Assembly: GCF_006345805.1 (NCBI RefSeq)
Contig: NC_043004.1
Location: 95,666,001-95,730,000 of the forward strand
DNA from: Octopus sinensis
Taxonomy: Eukaryota
DNA length: 64,000 nucleotides
Direction: 5' to 3'
Shown here: positions 12,126 to 26,013 of the stretch, piece after piece
Numbering within the stretch: the stretch's first letter is position 1
How the letters are laid out: each line of letters begins with the position of its first letter
Notes under the pieces: model-generated
Databases searched by the model: none
The model's input: the letters and a program-made list of their open reading frames with translations, nothing else
Told to the model about the DNA's origin: nothing
Program-made: the position numbers and the translations under genes

Positions 12126-13208
12126 CAACAACAACAACATATATCATCATCATTATTATAAGTAAAATATTTTAACATGAAGATATGTGTATATATGTAT
12201 GTGTGTGTATAATTATATATGCATAAACATGTTTTGTGTGTGTGTGTGTGTGTGTGCATTTAAGAGTACATGTATGTGTGTATATGTCTAAGAATATACA
12301 TACACTTGCTTGTTGTTTCTGATAGAAATTAATATCTTTCTTCCAGCATCATCCACTTTAGCCCTCCATTTCATCAATGTTTTATGTGAGTCTTAGATGA
12401 AGAAAAAAAAAAGTATCTACACACCAATATACATACAATAACAGCAACAAGCTGAATAAAGGTGAAAACTTTTTTTTTTACTAAAAAATAAGTAATAATA
12501 TAAAACAATAAAACACAGAAATATAATAAAGATACTGAATTAAAATATATTTCAGAATTCAAAATTAAAATTTTAAAAAATTAACACCTATTCTGTATCT
12601 TTATATCTAATATAATCCTATTTACAGATATATATAATTTCTGTATTTATTCTTGACATCATTTCATCTTTAATATTTGTAAAATTTTTTCTGTTATTTG
12701 TTTCATTTTCTTGGCTTTTTATTATATTTTTACTAAAAGAATATGAAATAAAATACTTTTATTAACCATATTGCACTTGGGTTTCAATTTTTTAAAACAT
12801 TTTTCTTTTTAATCTTTTCATCCAATGATATCATCTCTGGATGTTTACTGCAGCACATATCAAGAGGTAGAAGAGCTGATGTGAATCAAGGTAGATTAAA
12901 AGATTATGGTAAGAGTTATGATTGAGATATTGATTAATGAAATAAAGATAAAAGATATATAAGTTAAAAGTGTGGTGGTGTTTCCTTAATAAAGTTTGAA
13001 CATAATTGAACGCATCACACAACTTAACATTCATCTATGAGAATATTGTATATTACAATTTCACTCAGGTTGTTGATATATATATATATATGTATATGTA
13101 TGTGTATGTATGTGTATATATATGTGTGTGTGTGTATGTGCGTATATATATATATATATATATATATCTAAAGGCCAATATTTATGTGTGTATATACATA
13201 TTCATATA

Positions 13209-13241
<33 letters not shown>

Positions 13242-13331
13242 AATATGTATATACACACATAAATATTGGCCTTTAGATATATATAGATGTGTATACATAC
13301 ATATATTTATATGGCATACATACATGCAAAC

Positions 13332-13379
<48 letters not shown>

Positions 13380-14451
13380 GTATATGTTAACGTGTGTACC
13401 TCTGCATACTTATAGGAATATATATATACTTCTGTTTCAAACACATAAGTAGATGTCCACAACTTTCTACAAATGCACATTTACATACACATTTATTTGC
13501 TTGTTTGTTGTTTTTTTTCTATCTTGTTCTATTGATTTCCTCTTTGCTGGATGTTATTAAATTTTATGGTATTAAAGTTGTTTAAATCCTGTATGCCATC
13601 GGGCATTTCTGTCATCTCATTTCTTCCATTTTAAAGAACTCAGACTCAGCTATTGAGGAAAACTCTTTGAGATGCAAATGATAACCAGGTGCAAAACAAA
13701 ACAAGGGGTGAGAGTTTCGATTCCCCGCACATCAGCCAAGCCTCTTTATAATGGCATTGCAGAACGCCCATGCACCTTTAATTTCATTTTAATGCATTCA
13801 GATAAACTGAACGTAATTGCATATAAATTTTGGCAAAATTAAATTTAATGCCTCTTTTCCTTTCACAACGCTTGTTACGATCTGAAAAATTAATCCTTTA
13901 TCTTAAAAGGAATTCACAACAATTTTCAGAAATTTAGCAATGAAGTGGAGGGAATAAATTTAGAAAATACTTGAAAGTGAAAGTAAAAAATTGAAGAAGA
14001 AATTTTGAAAGAAATAAACAGAAAATGATGCTGTGAATGCAGAATCTTTCTACTGTGAAAAGTGTCTTTTTAGTAAAAGATTTTCATAGGAAGAACTAAT
14101 TCTCTTGTTGTCTGTTGCCGCCATCCAATTGGTTCATTTGATAAATAGATTTGGCTAAATTTGTGAAAGAACAAGCTTTGAAGATTCGGTTTAGGCCGGT
14201 GGAGTTACTTTACTGAATAACAACATATTATTGTGATGGAAATGTAATCATTAATAGAAATCAATTTGACTGACTTTTACGTAGAAATACTCACATAGAT
14301 AAAGTTTCTGTGCACATAGACATCTAGACATATACATACACAAGCACACACTCTCATATGAACACACTCGTGATTGTATATACATGTGTGCACAAGAATG
14401 TACATGTGTGTGTTTGTGTAAGCATGTGCATGTGTAACTTAGTGCTCATGT

Positions 14452-14511
<60 letters not shown>

Positions 14512-14805
14512 TGTCTATACGCAAATACAGGCACAAATTCATGGCTAAATGAATATGTACACATGCACGTATGTAGGTATATGGAGACCTATAGCAATCA
14601 ACATGTAAATAACATACATTGTATAATAAATGAGCTATTATACAGGTAAACCTCATAATTCTATCTATTTACATCTGTGTGTGAGACTTTTTAGGACATA
14701 CACACTTCTCCAGCTTGCGTATTTGCCTCCTTTTTTTATAAGTATGAAGATACATGTGTGCATTTAAGAAGGAAAGAAGATCGGGGATTTTTCTGTATAT
14801 ATACA

Positions 14806-14836
<31 letters not shown>

Positions 14837-15012
14837 ATATTATGTATGTATGTATGTATATTTGAATGTATATACATGTATATGTATATATACATGCATA
14901 CATATATATGCCTATATACACACATGTACATACATACCTCACACTAATGAAAACTATGTGCTTTCATGCAATTTATATATACACACACAAACACACTAAA
15001 ATGTGTGAACAT

Positions 15013-15062
<50 letters not shown>

Positions 15063-16663
15063 ATCAATGCATATATTCCTTTGATAACAAGATAAAATAC
15101 ATTCTGAAGAACTCTGATTTACATCCGTTGAGGCTGAATGGCGACAGTTGCAAATTTAAATGTTTATTCCATCAATTTATTTTCACCTAAATTCTGCTAT
15201 AAAATGTTTCAAATGTATTCGTTAGTGCCTTGTAAAATGTTATTTCAACTTATATATATTTTCTTTTTTTTTACATATTTTATTTTATTATTCTTTATTA
15301 ATCAAGCAAATCCCTTGGCCATGCTAAACACATTAAAGCAATTTTAAGCGTCTTGTCGTGTCATAACATGTATGCATCTTCTGACAGAATATTTACCAAT
15401 CAGCAGACATAATTTTGGCATATGTATTCATTGATCCCAACTTGCTAAGTAATCGGTCGAATTTCTCATTGGCAGTTCAGTAGGTTCTTTGTTTCTGTAT
15501 TTCAGAAGTAATTCTTCTCTTCATGTCAAAGTTATATGGTGTATTATCACAAGAGAGAAAAAGAAGCATCCTTATCTCTTTCAAAAGTTCAAAGAACCAA
15601 AAAGAAGTCATGAAAAATGTATTCAGAATTTTCTTCTTTTTTTTTTTCTGATAAATGTCTTTTGCCCACCTTGGTTCAGTCGAAATTTCACAGCAATAAG
15701 CAGATGAAAGACAAATTTCTCACAGGCTAGGATACCAGGCTATTACAAGCAATATTCTCCACTGACAAATGTCACTTATGTCAAAAACAAAGTGAAATCA
15801 AAATTATAAGTACTACTAGTATACAACTGCCCACAGGAGGTTTGATCTAAAATCATTTTGTTGGTAGTTTATCTTAAAAGCATAACCATTGCACCTAGAA
15901 ACATTGTTTTTATTTTTACTGATAAAATATTTTAGAAAACCAAGATGTTTCATAATTTGGTCTCAGCCTGATTTTGGCACTAGTTAAAGGATAAAATAAA
16001 GCCTACTTTAACTTGTGGTGTTCTAGATTGTCTTTAAAACCATTTCAAACTTCTTTGCCAACCAATTCTGTATTGTTATAAAACTTATGTAGCTGGTGTC
16101 AAACTGTTACAAACTTTTATAATGGAGGAAAATGAGAAATATGACTACACTGAAATTGATATATTGAGGGAATAAATATTTAAATTCACTTATTGCTATA
16201 GATGAAAGCAGAGATTTAGCAAAAATGGATCTATAACATTTTTCTCAAACTCATTGACAACTAAACTCACAATACAGTTAAAGATCTGATAACTGCCAGT
16301 ATTAACTTTAAAAGAAAGTATGCTGTGTTCATAAAAATTATATTAAAAAGTTCAAAGAGAGCAAGTATTCATTATTCAGCATGTAATTCCACACATGCAA
16401 ACAGGTGTATATTTAGGTCATGTTATTTAAATATTCAACACTGTTTCTGGCTCTCTCACATTTTTTTTTTCACTATTTTATAAGCAGTATAGTCTAAATT
16501 GTAGGCAATTTATTTTATCAAATGATTTTTCGAGTTGTACTTATTAAAATGATCTGCACATGGGAGTTTACTGTCCATGAATGCCACCTGTATATATGCC
16601 AGGCCTAGGTAGGTAAGGCAGTTAGTGCTAGCTAGACTATAACTATAATTATTCATTATGAAA

Positions 16664-16955
16664 CATCATCTTTTAGCGTCCGCTTTCCATGCTAGCATGG
16701 GTTGGACGGTTCAACTGGGGTCTGGGGAGCAAGAAGGCTGCACCAGGCCCAGTGTGATTTGGCAATGTTTCTACAGCTGGATGTCCTTCCTAACACCAAC
16801 CACTCCGAGAGTGTAGTGGGTGCTTTTTACGTGCCTCTGGCACAGGTGCCAGACGAGGCTGGCAAACGGCCACGATCGGATGGTGCTTTTTACGTGCCAC
16901 CAGCACAGGTGCCAGGCGAGGCCGGCAACAGCCACAATTGGATGGTGCTTGTAGC
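16664..16955 (-). mobile_element. Family C repeat (RTE-like non-autonomous element, (GAT)n tail, internal tandem units)
   Basis: Reverse complement ends CCCATGCTAGCATGGAAAGCGGACGCTAAAAGATGATG; matches the copies at 31975, 42522, 53352 and 62769. Confidence 0.8.
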
Positions 16956-17249
16956 CACGCTGGAGTACTGTCTTAATGGTTGCACTGTCTGACCACTGCA
17001 CTTATCTATTTTAGTTTAGTGCTTATTACATCCCACTGAATTCTTTTGTCAAACTGCTAAAAAAACAGGAAGGATGTAAACAAACCAACACTGGTTTGCA
17101 AGTAGTTGGGTGGAGAACAAGTACAGCCACAAAGACACAGACATAAACATATTCACACACACATATAAATACACATGCATGCATGCACGCACACACATAC
17201 ACACACACACATGTATACATATATACGTACATATGTACATGCCTGCATA

Positions 17250-18097
17250 CAGTCCCCACTCCCTTATCTAGAGGTCAATGCAGAAGCTTGGGATAAATGA
17301 GTGGATAGTGAGGGTGGTACAAGCAGGGCCATCACATGACATTTAGAGGCCGCCTGCAACTTTTTGCTTTGAGGTCCCATCTCTTCCATCAAAATTCATA
17401 ATCTATGCACCTTTTATTCATAGTTATATTTTACTTTATTCTATCTGAAGTTCAATATTTCACATTATCCTAAAGAACATCTTTAAAAGTACAGCAAGTT
17501 AAATTTATTTAGGGCTGGAACTATCGTAATATTTCATATTTAGGGAGGCTAATATTTAATAGGGTTGAATATTTATTCAATGGACTCAAAAATATCAGGA
17601 GGCAAGCATTTCAAAAACCAACTATGAAGTATAATTGTCTCAGCTTTTGTATGCGAAGAAGTTTATTCAAGAACATTAAAATACCAAAAAATTTTCAGTC
17701 CGAGACAAAAGCAAACTATTTCAAATTATATATTTTTGAAAAATAGACATGAATGTTCTCAAAGACTTGATAACAGTTGAAAAAGCCTTTTTTAAATTCT
17801 ATATTTCACTGTTAGCTGTTGCAATATTTCAATTGGAGTGAAAATACTACAATTCAAACTGTAAAGTCAAAATACCAAAGATGCAAAATATGAAGAATTT
17901 CTTACTTTTCTCAAAATCATAAATTCAAAGGAAAATAGTACCTTACAATATAAAATACTTCGATCACAAACTAGTTTCAACTGAAGAATTGAGATGCTTG
18001 GTGACAGTGAGTAAACAATATCTGTATCACTATATATATTGTACATAGATAGATACACATACATATACACACACAAACATCTGTGTGTGTGTGTGTG

Positions 18098-18145
<48 letters not shown>

Positions 18146-18399
18146 CTGTGTGTGCGTGCATGCGCATGCACACCTTGTTTTTGGTACAGAAAGGATTTTG
18201 TCTCCACTTTTTATTGCTTTAGAAGTTCAAAGGCCACTGTTCTGGATACAGTGACCACCTTTTCAACAACGTCAAATAACAACGCCAAAGATATATATAT
18301 ATATATATATGAATATATACACACACAGAAATGAAGATAGAAAGAGGGACAAACAGAGTGACTAAGAGATCCCTCCATCTCTCTCCTTCTCTCCCTCTT

Positions 18400-18432
<33 letters not shown>

Positions 18433-18933
18433 TTCTCTCTCTCAGAGCCTTGTGAATGGACTTGGTAGACAGAAACAGATAAAAGCCAGACGTATATATG
18501 TGTGTGTGTACATGTATGTATGAATGTATGAATGTGTGTACGTATACCTCTGTGTGTATGTATGTTTAAGTATACATCCCCACCTTTCATCACTATTGCT
18601 TCTTTTTCTTATCTTCTTTTCTGTTGAAGTTGTTCTTATTTTCATTGCTTTGGATTTCTTTCATTTTTCTTTTATCTTGCGAAGGAATTCGTTGACAAGC
18701 TTTTTTCATTTACTTTTGTTGTTTCTTTTAAATCTATTTACTGTACACATTCGTTTTTTTTTTTTCTTGTCTGGCTTGAAATTTTCAGTTAACACTTTAA
18801 CCAAAATATATATATGGCTTATCTGTGTACTTTGATCTTAACATGGGGCCCTCAAATGCAGAGGCCCTCTGCAACCACAGGGGTTGCAGGGGCTTAGTGA
18901 CAGTCTTGAGTACAAGCCATGTACAGGAATGCT
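17250..18933 (+). pseudogene. Short RTE-clade reverse transcriptase fragment (17250-17323 plus 18917-18933), split by a hAT insertion
   Basis: Removing 17324-18916 restores VPHSLI*RSMQKLGINEWIVRVVQAMYRNA, which resembles the RTE RT segment 'VPR..IWW.LRKLG..EWLVR.VQAMY'. Confidence 0.65.
17324..18908. mobile_element. Old non-autonomous hAT-type element with 8-bp TSD
   Basis: Flanked by GGTACAAG / AGTACAAG. Termini CAGGGCCATCAC and (reverse complement) CAAGACTGTCAC differ only by transitions. Excision restores the RTE reading frame. Confidence 0.7.
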
Positions 18934-19153
18934 ACCTGTAATTATTGGGGCACTGGAATATGTAACACACTGCCTAAATACCAATCTTGAGAAATTAGGC
19001 TTCTAAAAACTAGAAAAGAGAAAGCTGATTTGAAGGCTACAGATCCAAGCTGTCACTGGAACAGTAAAAAACTGTAAAACTTTCCAGAAGTTTAACATTT
19101 AAGTATATATGAGCATATCTATATGCACAAGAGTACATGCATAAAACAAAACA

Positions 19154-19160
<7 letters not shown>
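18934..19160 (+). mobile_element. R4/Dong-type (REL) retrotransposon 3' end remnant
   Basis: PVIIGALEY…LEKLGF*…RLQIQAVTGTVKNCKTFQKFNI* resembles the REL-clade C-terminus (PIVIGALG…IQK.ALLGT); followed by a (TTA)n tract. Confidence 0.55.
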
Positions 19161-19189
<29 letters not shown>

Positions 19190-20323
19190 CACACTAGTCC
19201 CTATAATTTAGAGGATCAGTAAAAGTGACTGATAGAATAAGTACCAGGCTTTAAAAGATTTTTAAAATAAGAACTGGAGGTTAATTTGTTTGACTAATAC
19301 CCTTCAAATGGTACCCTACTATGGCTACAGTCCTATAACTGAAGCAAGTAAAAGATAAAAGATATATTTATACTAATATACATACATGTACATATATAAA
19401 ATAAATATATTTATTATCGTTATTTATTTTATAGATTCACATGAAATATGTGTCTCAAAATTAATTCAGCAATAGAATTAAAAATGCACAATGCATGCAC
19501 ATACTTTCACATTGTAATGAAACTTAATGAAGGTGGAGGCAGCTTAATTTCTGAGTTAATTTCAACTATATTTTATGTATCTTGAAAGGGAACTCACAAT
19601 ACATAGGATTAACAACATTACGCATGAGTATATAGACTGGATTTGAAAGACAAAGGATATTGTAACTGCCTAATAAGGATAGTAGTATCCATTTACATGG
19701 AAATCAATGGATACCATGAGTTTCATGCTTTTAATTAGCAATTTTGTGTGGTTATGAAGCTCACTTTGCAGTTACATGGTTTTGGGTTCAAAAATGGCAT
19801 GACAACGTGGAAAAGCATTTTCTTCTATAGCCCTAGGCTAATCAATGCCTTTTGAGTGAATTTAGTAGACAGAAACTGTGAAGAAGCCCATTGTATGTAT
19901 GTCATTGTTCAGTTTCATTTCAAGATTTCTTGCCAATAGAGATGTACATACACATACACATACAAAAATACCCTGCTAATGGTGTTGAAATTCCAATGAA
20001 GGAGTCTTGGATCTAGGCTAGAAACTGACTCTTTCTCTATTGGCAAGAAATATTGAAATAAAACTGAATGACATACATACATACATACATACATAAATAC
20101 ATGCATACATGCATGCATACATACATAAATACATACATGCATACATACATACATAAATACATGCATACATGCATGCATACATACATACATACATACATAC
20201 ATACATACATACATACATACATACATGGATGCATACATACATGTGTACGTACATCTCTATTGGCAAGAAATCTTGAAATAAAACTGAACAACGATATACA
20301 TACAATGGGCTTCTACTAGTGTG

Positions 20324-20393
<70 letters not shown>

Positions 20394-20834
20394 TGATAAT
20401 AATAATAATAATAATAGTAATAATAATAATAATAATAAAATTAGGGAGTACAACTCCAAACTTACAGGGGAAAATTCAATTTAGTATCAAATCAAATTTC
20501 ACAATATAAATATATAAAATATGAATTAGAGATAAAACCACTGTTATGCAATTCAAACAAGGATAGACATAAACCAAAACATAAATAACAAATAAAATAT
20601 ATTTTTATAAAACATATAACTAGATCACAAAAAGTATAAAAATAAATAATCAATATATAATAAGTAAAAAACTATGTATGTTTCATGGCTATAATTAAAT
20701 TCGAATTACAATTAAATTTAAATTTAATTGAAATTCAATTTAAAATTATAGTCAATCTTCAGGTTAACAATAATAGTTAAATAAATGAGCAAATATACAC
20801 ATACATTTACATACATATCTCTCTATATATATAC

Positions 20835-20876
<42 letters not shown>

Positions 20877-21079
20877 TATATACATACACATATATATATA
20901 TATATTTCAGTCCAACTCAAGCCAGTATGAAAAAGTGAAGTATGCTAAAGAGGGTATAGACACTTTAAAATTAATAATCCTAAGTGAAAACATTGTATTG
21001 AAATCTTACTTTTCTGGGGGACAGTATTACATAAACAGAATAAAATGGTTGTATACTTCCTGCTGGTTCTTCCTGTTAA

Positions 21080-21640
21080 CTTCCCTTCAAAACACCTGAA
21101 ATCCATTTTTTGCTACCTTTTAAGAAGATACTTTCCATACCTTCTTACATTCTTAGAAGGTATGGAAAGTAATTATTCTGTTTCTTCTTCAATCGATTGA
21201 TGTAATAGCTTTCACCAATATAGTAAGACTTCTAAACTTCTTATATCTAAGTTTAACATCCATCTTATTTGATAGAGCCACAGCTTTATTTGATCCTTTA
21301 ATTTTCTTTTGCTCACCTCTCTTTAACAGAATTTACTTAACACTTCCTTCTCTGATCTTTTCATTAATATTCAATCCAATACTTTCAATATCTTTCTATT
21401 GTTGTATTCTACAGTCGGGTTTTTTCCTTGTTTGTGAGTTTTAAAATTAAACTTGTTTTGTTTCTTTCTCCACTATTTCATTAGCCCTGCCATCACTTAA
21501 TTAGTTAGCTCCACTCCTAAATAAGCTACAATTATGTATTAAGCCACATCTCACAACTTTGCTTTGTTGTTCATCTACTTTTAGCCACGTCTTTAACTTC
21601 TTTTCTTTTATCCATCATTCTGAACAATATCATCAAACCA
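21080..21640 (-). pseudogene. Highly decayed LINE RT/thumb remnant (probably RTE clade)
   Basis: Minus strand gives DDIV…KV…LFRSGAN.LSDGRANEIV…, loosely matching (YA)DDIV…YLGS.I..DG…EI, with many stops. Confidence 0.35.
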
Positions 21641-21892
21641 CACATATATTTTTCTCTCTCTAAGTTATGAGTAAGATCAAAACAAGTGAAACAGATTTAT
21701 ACAGCTGTAAACTAATGCATTAATAAATTGATATACATAGCTCTGGTTGTTGAACTTATTGTGTATAGTGTTTAAAATACTTTATTTTAAAATATTTTTC
21801 TTCCTATGAGCAGGCATATACTATAAATATGAAAATAGTATCTAATCAACTGGTTGTTTATAAGTCAAGAAAAAAGTACACTCAAACCTCAA

Positions 21893-22091
21893 TATGAGGT
21901 GGTATCAAAAAGTTCCTGCACTAGTTTTGTAGTTTGCCAACAGATGGCAACATATGGTTGCATGTGCAGTGAGAGCTAGCAGTGACCTTCATGAGACAAT
22001 GTGCCAAGTGACATTGCATTGTTCACTTCACAAGTTGTGAAATTTGTGTTTCTGTGATCACATGCATGCTGTAGTCTGCGATTTTGTCATG
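21893..22091 (+). mobile_element. Mariner 5' end fragment (TIR to start codon)
   Basis: TATGAGGTGGTATCAAAAAGTTCC…GCGATTTTGTCATG; homologous to 29168-29460. Confidence 0.7.
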
Positions 22092-22775
22092 GATAGGTTA
22101 GCATCTCCATACACAGAGACAAGGTGAGTATGTATGAAAGTTCTAGGCATGGAATTCACAGTTTATGAAGGAATAAAATAGTAGATAGAAGAATACAGAG
22201 CAAAACAGTAGATAGAAGAATACAGACAGGAGAATAAAGTTCACAGCTCATCTTCTTCCAGAGGGTATGGAGGTTGGTCCGTGCTTCCGTGAAGGTATAG
22301 GTCCTTAAGTATAATCCCAAGTAAATTCAAGCAGTATTTTGGCAGTATTTTGAATGTTACGTTCATGTTAAAGGAACATATCAAGTGGTTAGCTAGTATG
22401 AAAATGGTCTACGTGGGGATATAGGGTATATAGGGTGTCTTTCTCACACTATATACCTACATGGACCATTTTCATACTAGCTAACTACTTAAATCTATTC
22501 CTTCAACATGAATGCAACATTCAAAATACTGCCTGGATTTACCTGGGATTATACATAAGGACCTATACGTTCACGGAAGTACAGACCAACCTTCATGCTC
22601 TCTGGAAGAAGAGGAGCTGTGAACTCTATTCTTCTGACTGTATTCTTTTATCGATTGTTTTACTCTTTATTCTTCTATTCCTTTATAAACTGTGAATACC
22701 CTGTCTAGAACTTTCATACATACTCACCTTGTCTCTGATGACGGAATACACAGTGTATGGAGATGCTAACCTATC
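22092..22775. repeat. ~680-bp imperfect fold-back (two ~340-bp inverted arms, short loop near 22440)
   Basis: GATAGGTTAGCATCTCCATACAC…GAAAATGGTC is mirrored by GACCATTTTC…GTGTATGGAGATGCTAACCTATC. The left arm lacks 16 nt (TGTGTATTCCGTCATC) present in the right arm. Confidence 0.92.
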
Positions 22776-22806
22776 AGTTGGAACATCCCAGAAACAGCTG
22801 TAAGAC
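22731..22806 (+). ncRNA. Type I hammerhead ribozyme motif with intact core and long, partly decayed stem II
   Basis: GTCT-CTGATGA-CGGAATA…CATCCCA-GAAA-CAGCTG-T-A-AGAC. Canonical CUGAUGA and GAAA, palindromic stem III ACAGCTGT, UA cleavage site, stem I GTCT/AGAC; stem II has three A·C-type mismatches. Confidence 0.65.
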
Positions 22807-22940
22807 TTCTAATAATTAATCAATTAATGAACTAATTCATTAATTAATTACCTCAAATTCACCTTGCTCTAATAAAATATTCTAAATGACTTGAGATACT
22901 CATCCTGCCTTGGTTTTTGTTGTCCTTTTCTCTCTAAGAT

Positions 22941-23032
<92 letters not shown>

Positions 23033-23669
23033 ATATATCCTTTTCCCACCCATGAGGAATCGATGCTAGATGTGTCCAAACAATTGTCGGGATTAATAAT
23101 AAATAGCTGCTACAAATAATTTACAACAATTAGTTAGACTAATTGTTATACTTATTATGCCCACTGAATCGGTATTACATGTCCTTGACTGTTTTCTCAT
23201 CTCCAGACAATAAACCTGTTGTTTTCATTAAAGGCATGTCAGTTTTGGAGAATCCTTGCTTTTTGTGATTACCTCCCTTTCTCATAGGAAACTTTCTGAA
23301 TTGTCATTTGATAATTATGTAATCTCCTCTAGGGATGAAAATAGTTTTAATGAATCATTCTGTTGCATGGTAATTGATACACCTGTAATTCTTTACATAT
23401 AAATATACATAAAGATAGATAGATGCACTATGCCCATACACACAAAGACACACATGCACATGATCATTATCATCATCAATTAATATTTGTTTTCCATGCT
23501 GGCATGGGTTAAAGTGTTTGACCAGAGCTGGCAACCAGGAGAGCTGTAACAGATTCCCGTCTGATTTGGCTTAGTTTCTATGTCTGGAAGTCCTTCCTAA
23601 CATCAACCACTTTAAAGAATGTATTGGGTGCTTTTTACATGGCACTGGCATGGATGCATCTATTGTGGC

Positions 23670-23827
23670 ACCAGCACAGGCAATTTTAGGTGACTCCAGC
23701 ATAGGTGCGTTTTATGTGCCACCGTATATGTATGAATGCATTATGTGTGTTTATATATATTCCTGTATACACATGTGTATTGTGCGTGTGTGTGGGAGGG
23801 TGTATACATGTATGAATATATAAATAT

Positions 23828-23892
<65 letters not shown>

Positions 23893-23987
23893 TAGATATA
23901 GATATATACATACACATATACATATATACATGCATATCTATAATGCTATATAGATAGAATGATAGAGATGCATATGTAGATATATAC

Positions 23988-24029
<42 letters not shown>

Positions 24030-24405
24030 TGAGAGAAAAAGAAAGACAAAGAGAGAGAGTAGGAAAGAGAGAAAAAGAGAGGGAAAGCAAGAGAGAGAGA
24101 GAGAGAGCTATGAAGATATGTACATACCATTATGTACACATATGCTTATATATATGAATACATATATGTATATATACATGTATGTATGAGCATATATGTG
24201 CGTGTGTGAGTGTGTGTGTGTGTGTGTTTGTGTAGGCAGAGGACCAGATATAATGTATTTGTAAATGTCTATGATTATTTACACACAAAGTCATATCACT
24301 TACATTTTTTCTTACATTAATCTTCAGTTTTCAAACTACAGTGGGTTTTCACTATATGCCACCACACATACATGTATTTATATATATATATGTATATATA
24401 TACAT

Positions 24406-24458
<53 letters not shown>

Positions 24459-24540
24459 ATATATATATATATATATAATATATATATATATAATGTATGT
24501 ATATATATGAGTGTGAATTTGATCAATGCTTGTCTTTAAG

Positions 24541-24587
<47 letters not shown>

Positions 24588-24759
24588 TGCATCTTTGTTT
24601 CTGCATGTGTATGGTCTATGTATTAAAACATGAAATACTCATGCATATAGACAAAGAAAATGTCTCTTTGTAAACATACACATATACACAAACATACATA
24701 CACACATACATATATACGTATATATACATATACATACATATGTACATATGTATATATAT

Positions 24760-24807
<48 letters not shown>

Positions 24808-24985
24808 TATATATATACACATATATACATATATATATATATATATGCATATATATGTATGTATGTATAATGTATGTATATATATATATATATATATAAT
24901 ATATATATATATATATACATATACATACATATGTACATATGTATATATATATAATATATTATATATATACATATATACATACATA

Positions 24986-25016
<31 letters not shown>

Positions 25017-25907
25017 ATATATATATGCATATATATGTGTGTGTGTGTGTGTGTGTGAGTGTGAATATATGCATATATATATACACACACAGTCATACAT
25101 ATATTCATACATATATACATTCATATATTCATGCATACATACCTACAAACATATGTGTACATGCACACACATCAAACCACACTTGCACAAATGCCCACAC
25201 ACACACAATACTCTCATACAGCCATACATACATACATACATATATGCATACATTCATACATACTTAGAAATGTAGATACACACACAGATAATCACACATA
25301 TGGTGTAGTGAAACGAGATAAACTATAATAAAATATAATATAATTTGCATGTAAAATTCCATAGCTTCAACAGGAAAGCTTTATTGGCAATGAGAGGATT
25401 GGAGTCAAGAATAGAAAAAGGCAACAATACCAAACTCTAATGTTATAATGGTAGAATAAAATGTCTTTCAGCGTGCAGATGGAATGGATACAGCTCAGAA
25501 ATGGAGACGGAAGAATCTAGAATGTAATACATATGTTCTAAAGAGCAATTTATCAAATAATGCAAGAACAAGGGTGAAACTAGCCTTTATAAAGCTAAGG
25601 TTTCTTATTGTTCTCTTTTTATTATATTTTTATATTGTTTTGGTAGTGGTCTTTTTTTTTTTTGCCATTCATTTAATTTATCCAGAATTGTTTTGTTTGC
25701 TTGTGTTTTATGTTTGTGTAAGTGTGTGTATGTGTGTTTGTACGTATGTGTAAGCATGTGTGCATGTGTGTATGTATTCGTGTGTGGGTACGATAATGGT
25801 TGTAGTGGTGTAAGTGATCGTATGTGGGTTTATTGTGTCTATAAATTCTTGGCTCATAAAAAATCTAATTTCATCTTACATATGCATACATACATATATC
25901 ATATATA

Positions 25908-25953
<46 letters not shown>

Positions 25954-25980
25954 ATATGTATATATATATATATATATATA

Positions 25981-26013
<33 letters not shown>

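Noticed and set aside
15505-15710. Strong acceptor followed by a possible signal-peptide ORF (MKNVFRIFFFF…)
   Set aside because: The frame stops within or shortly after the poly-T run and there is no good donor.
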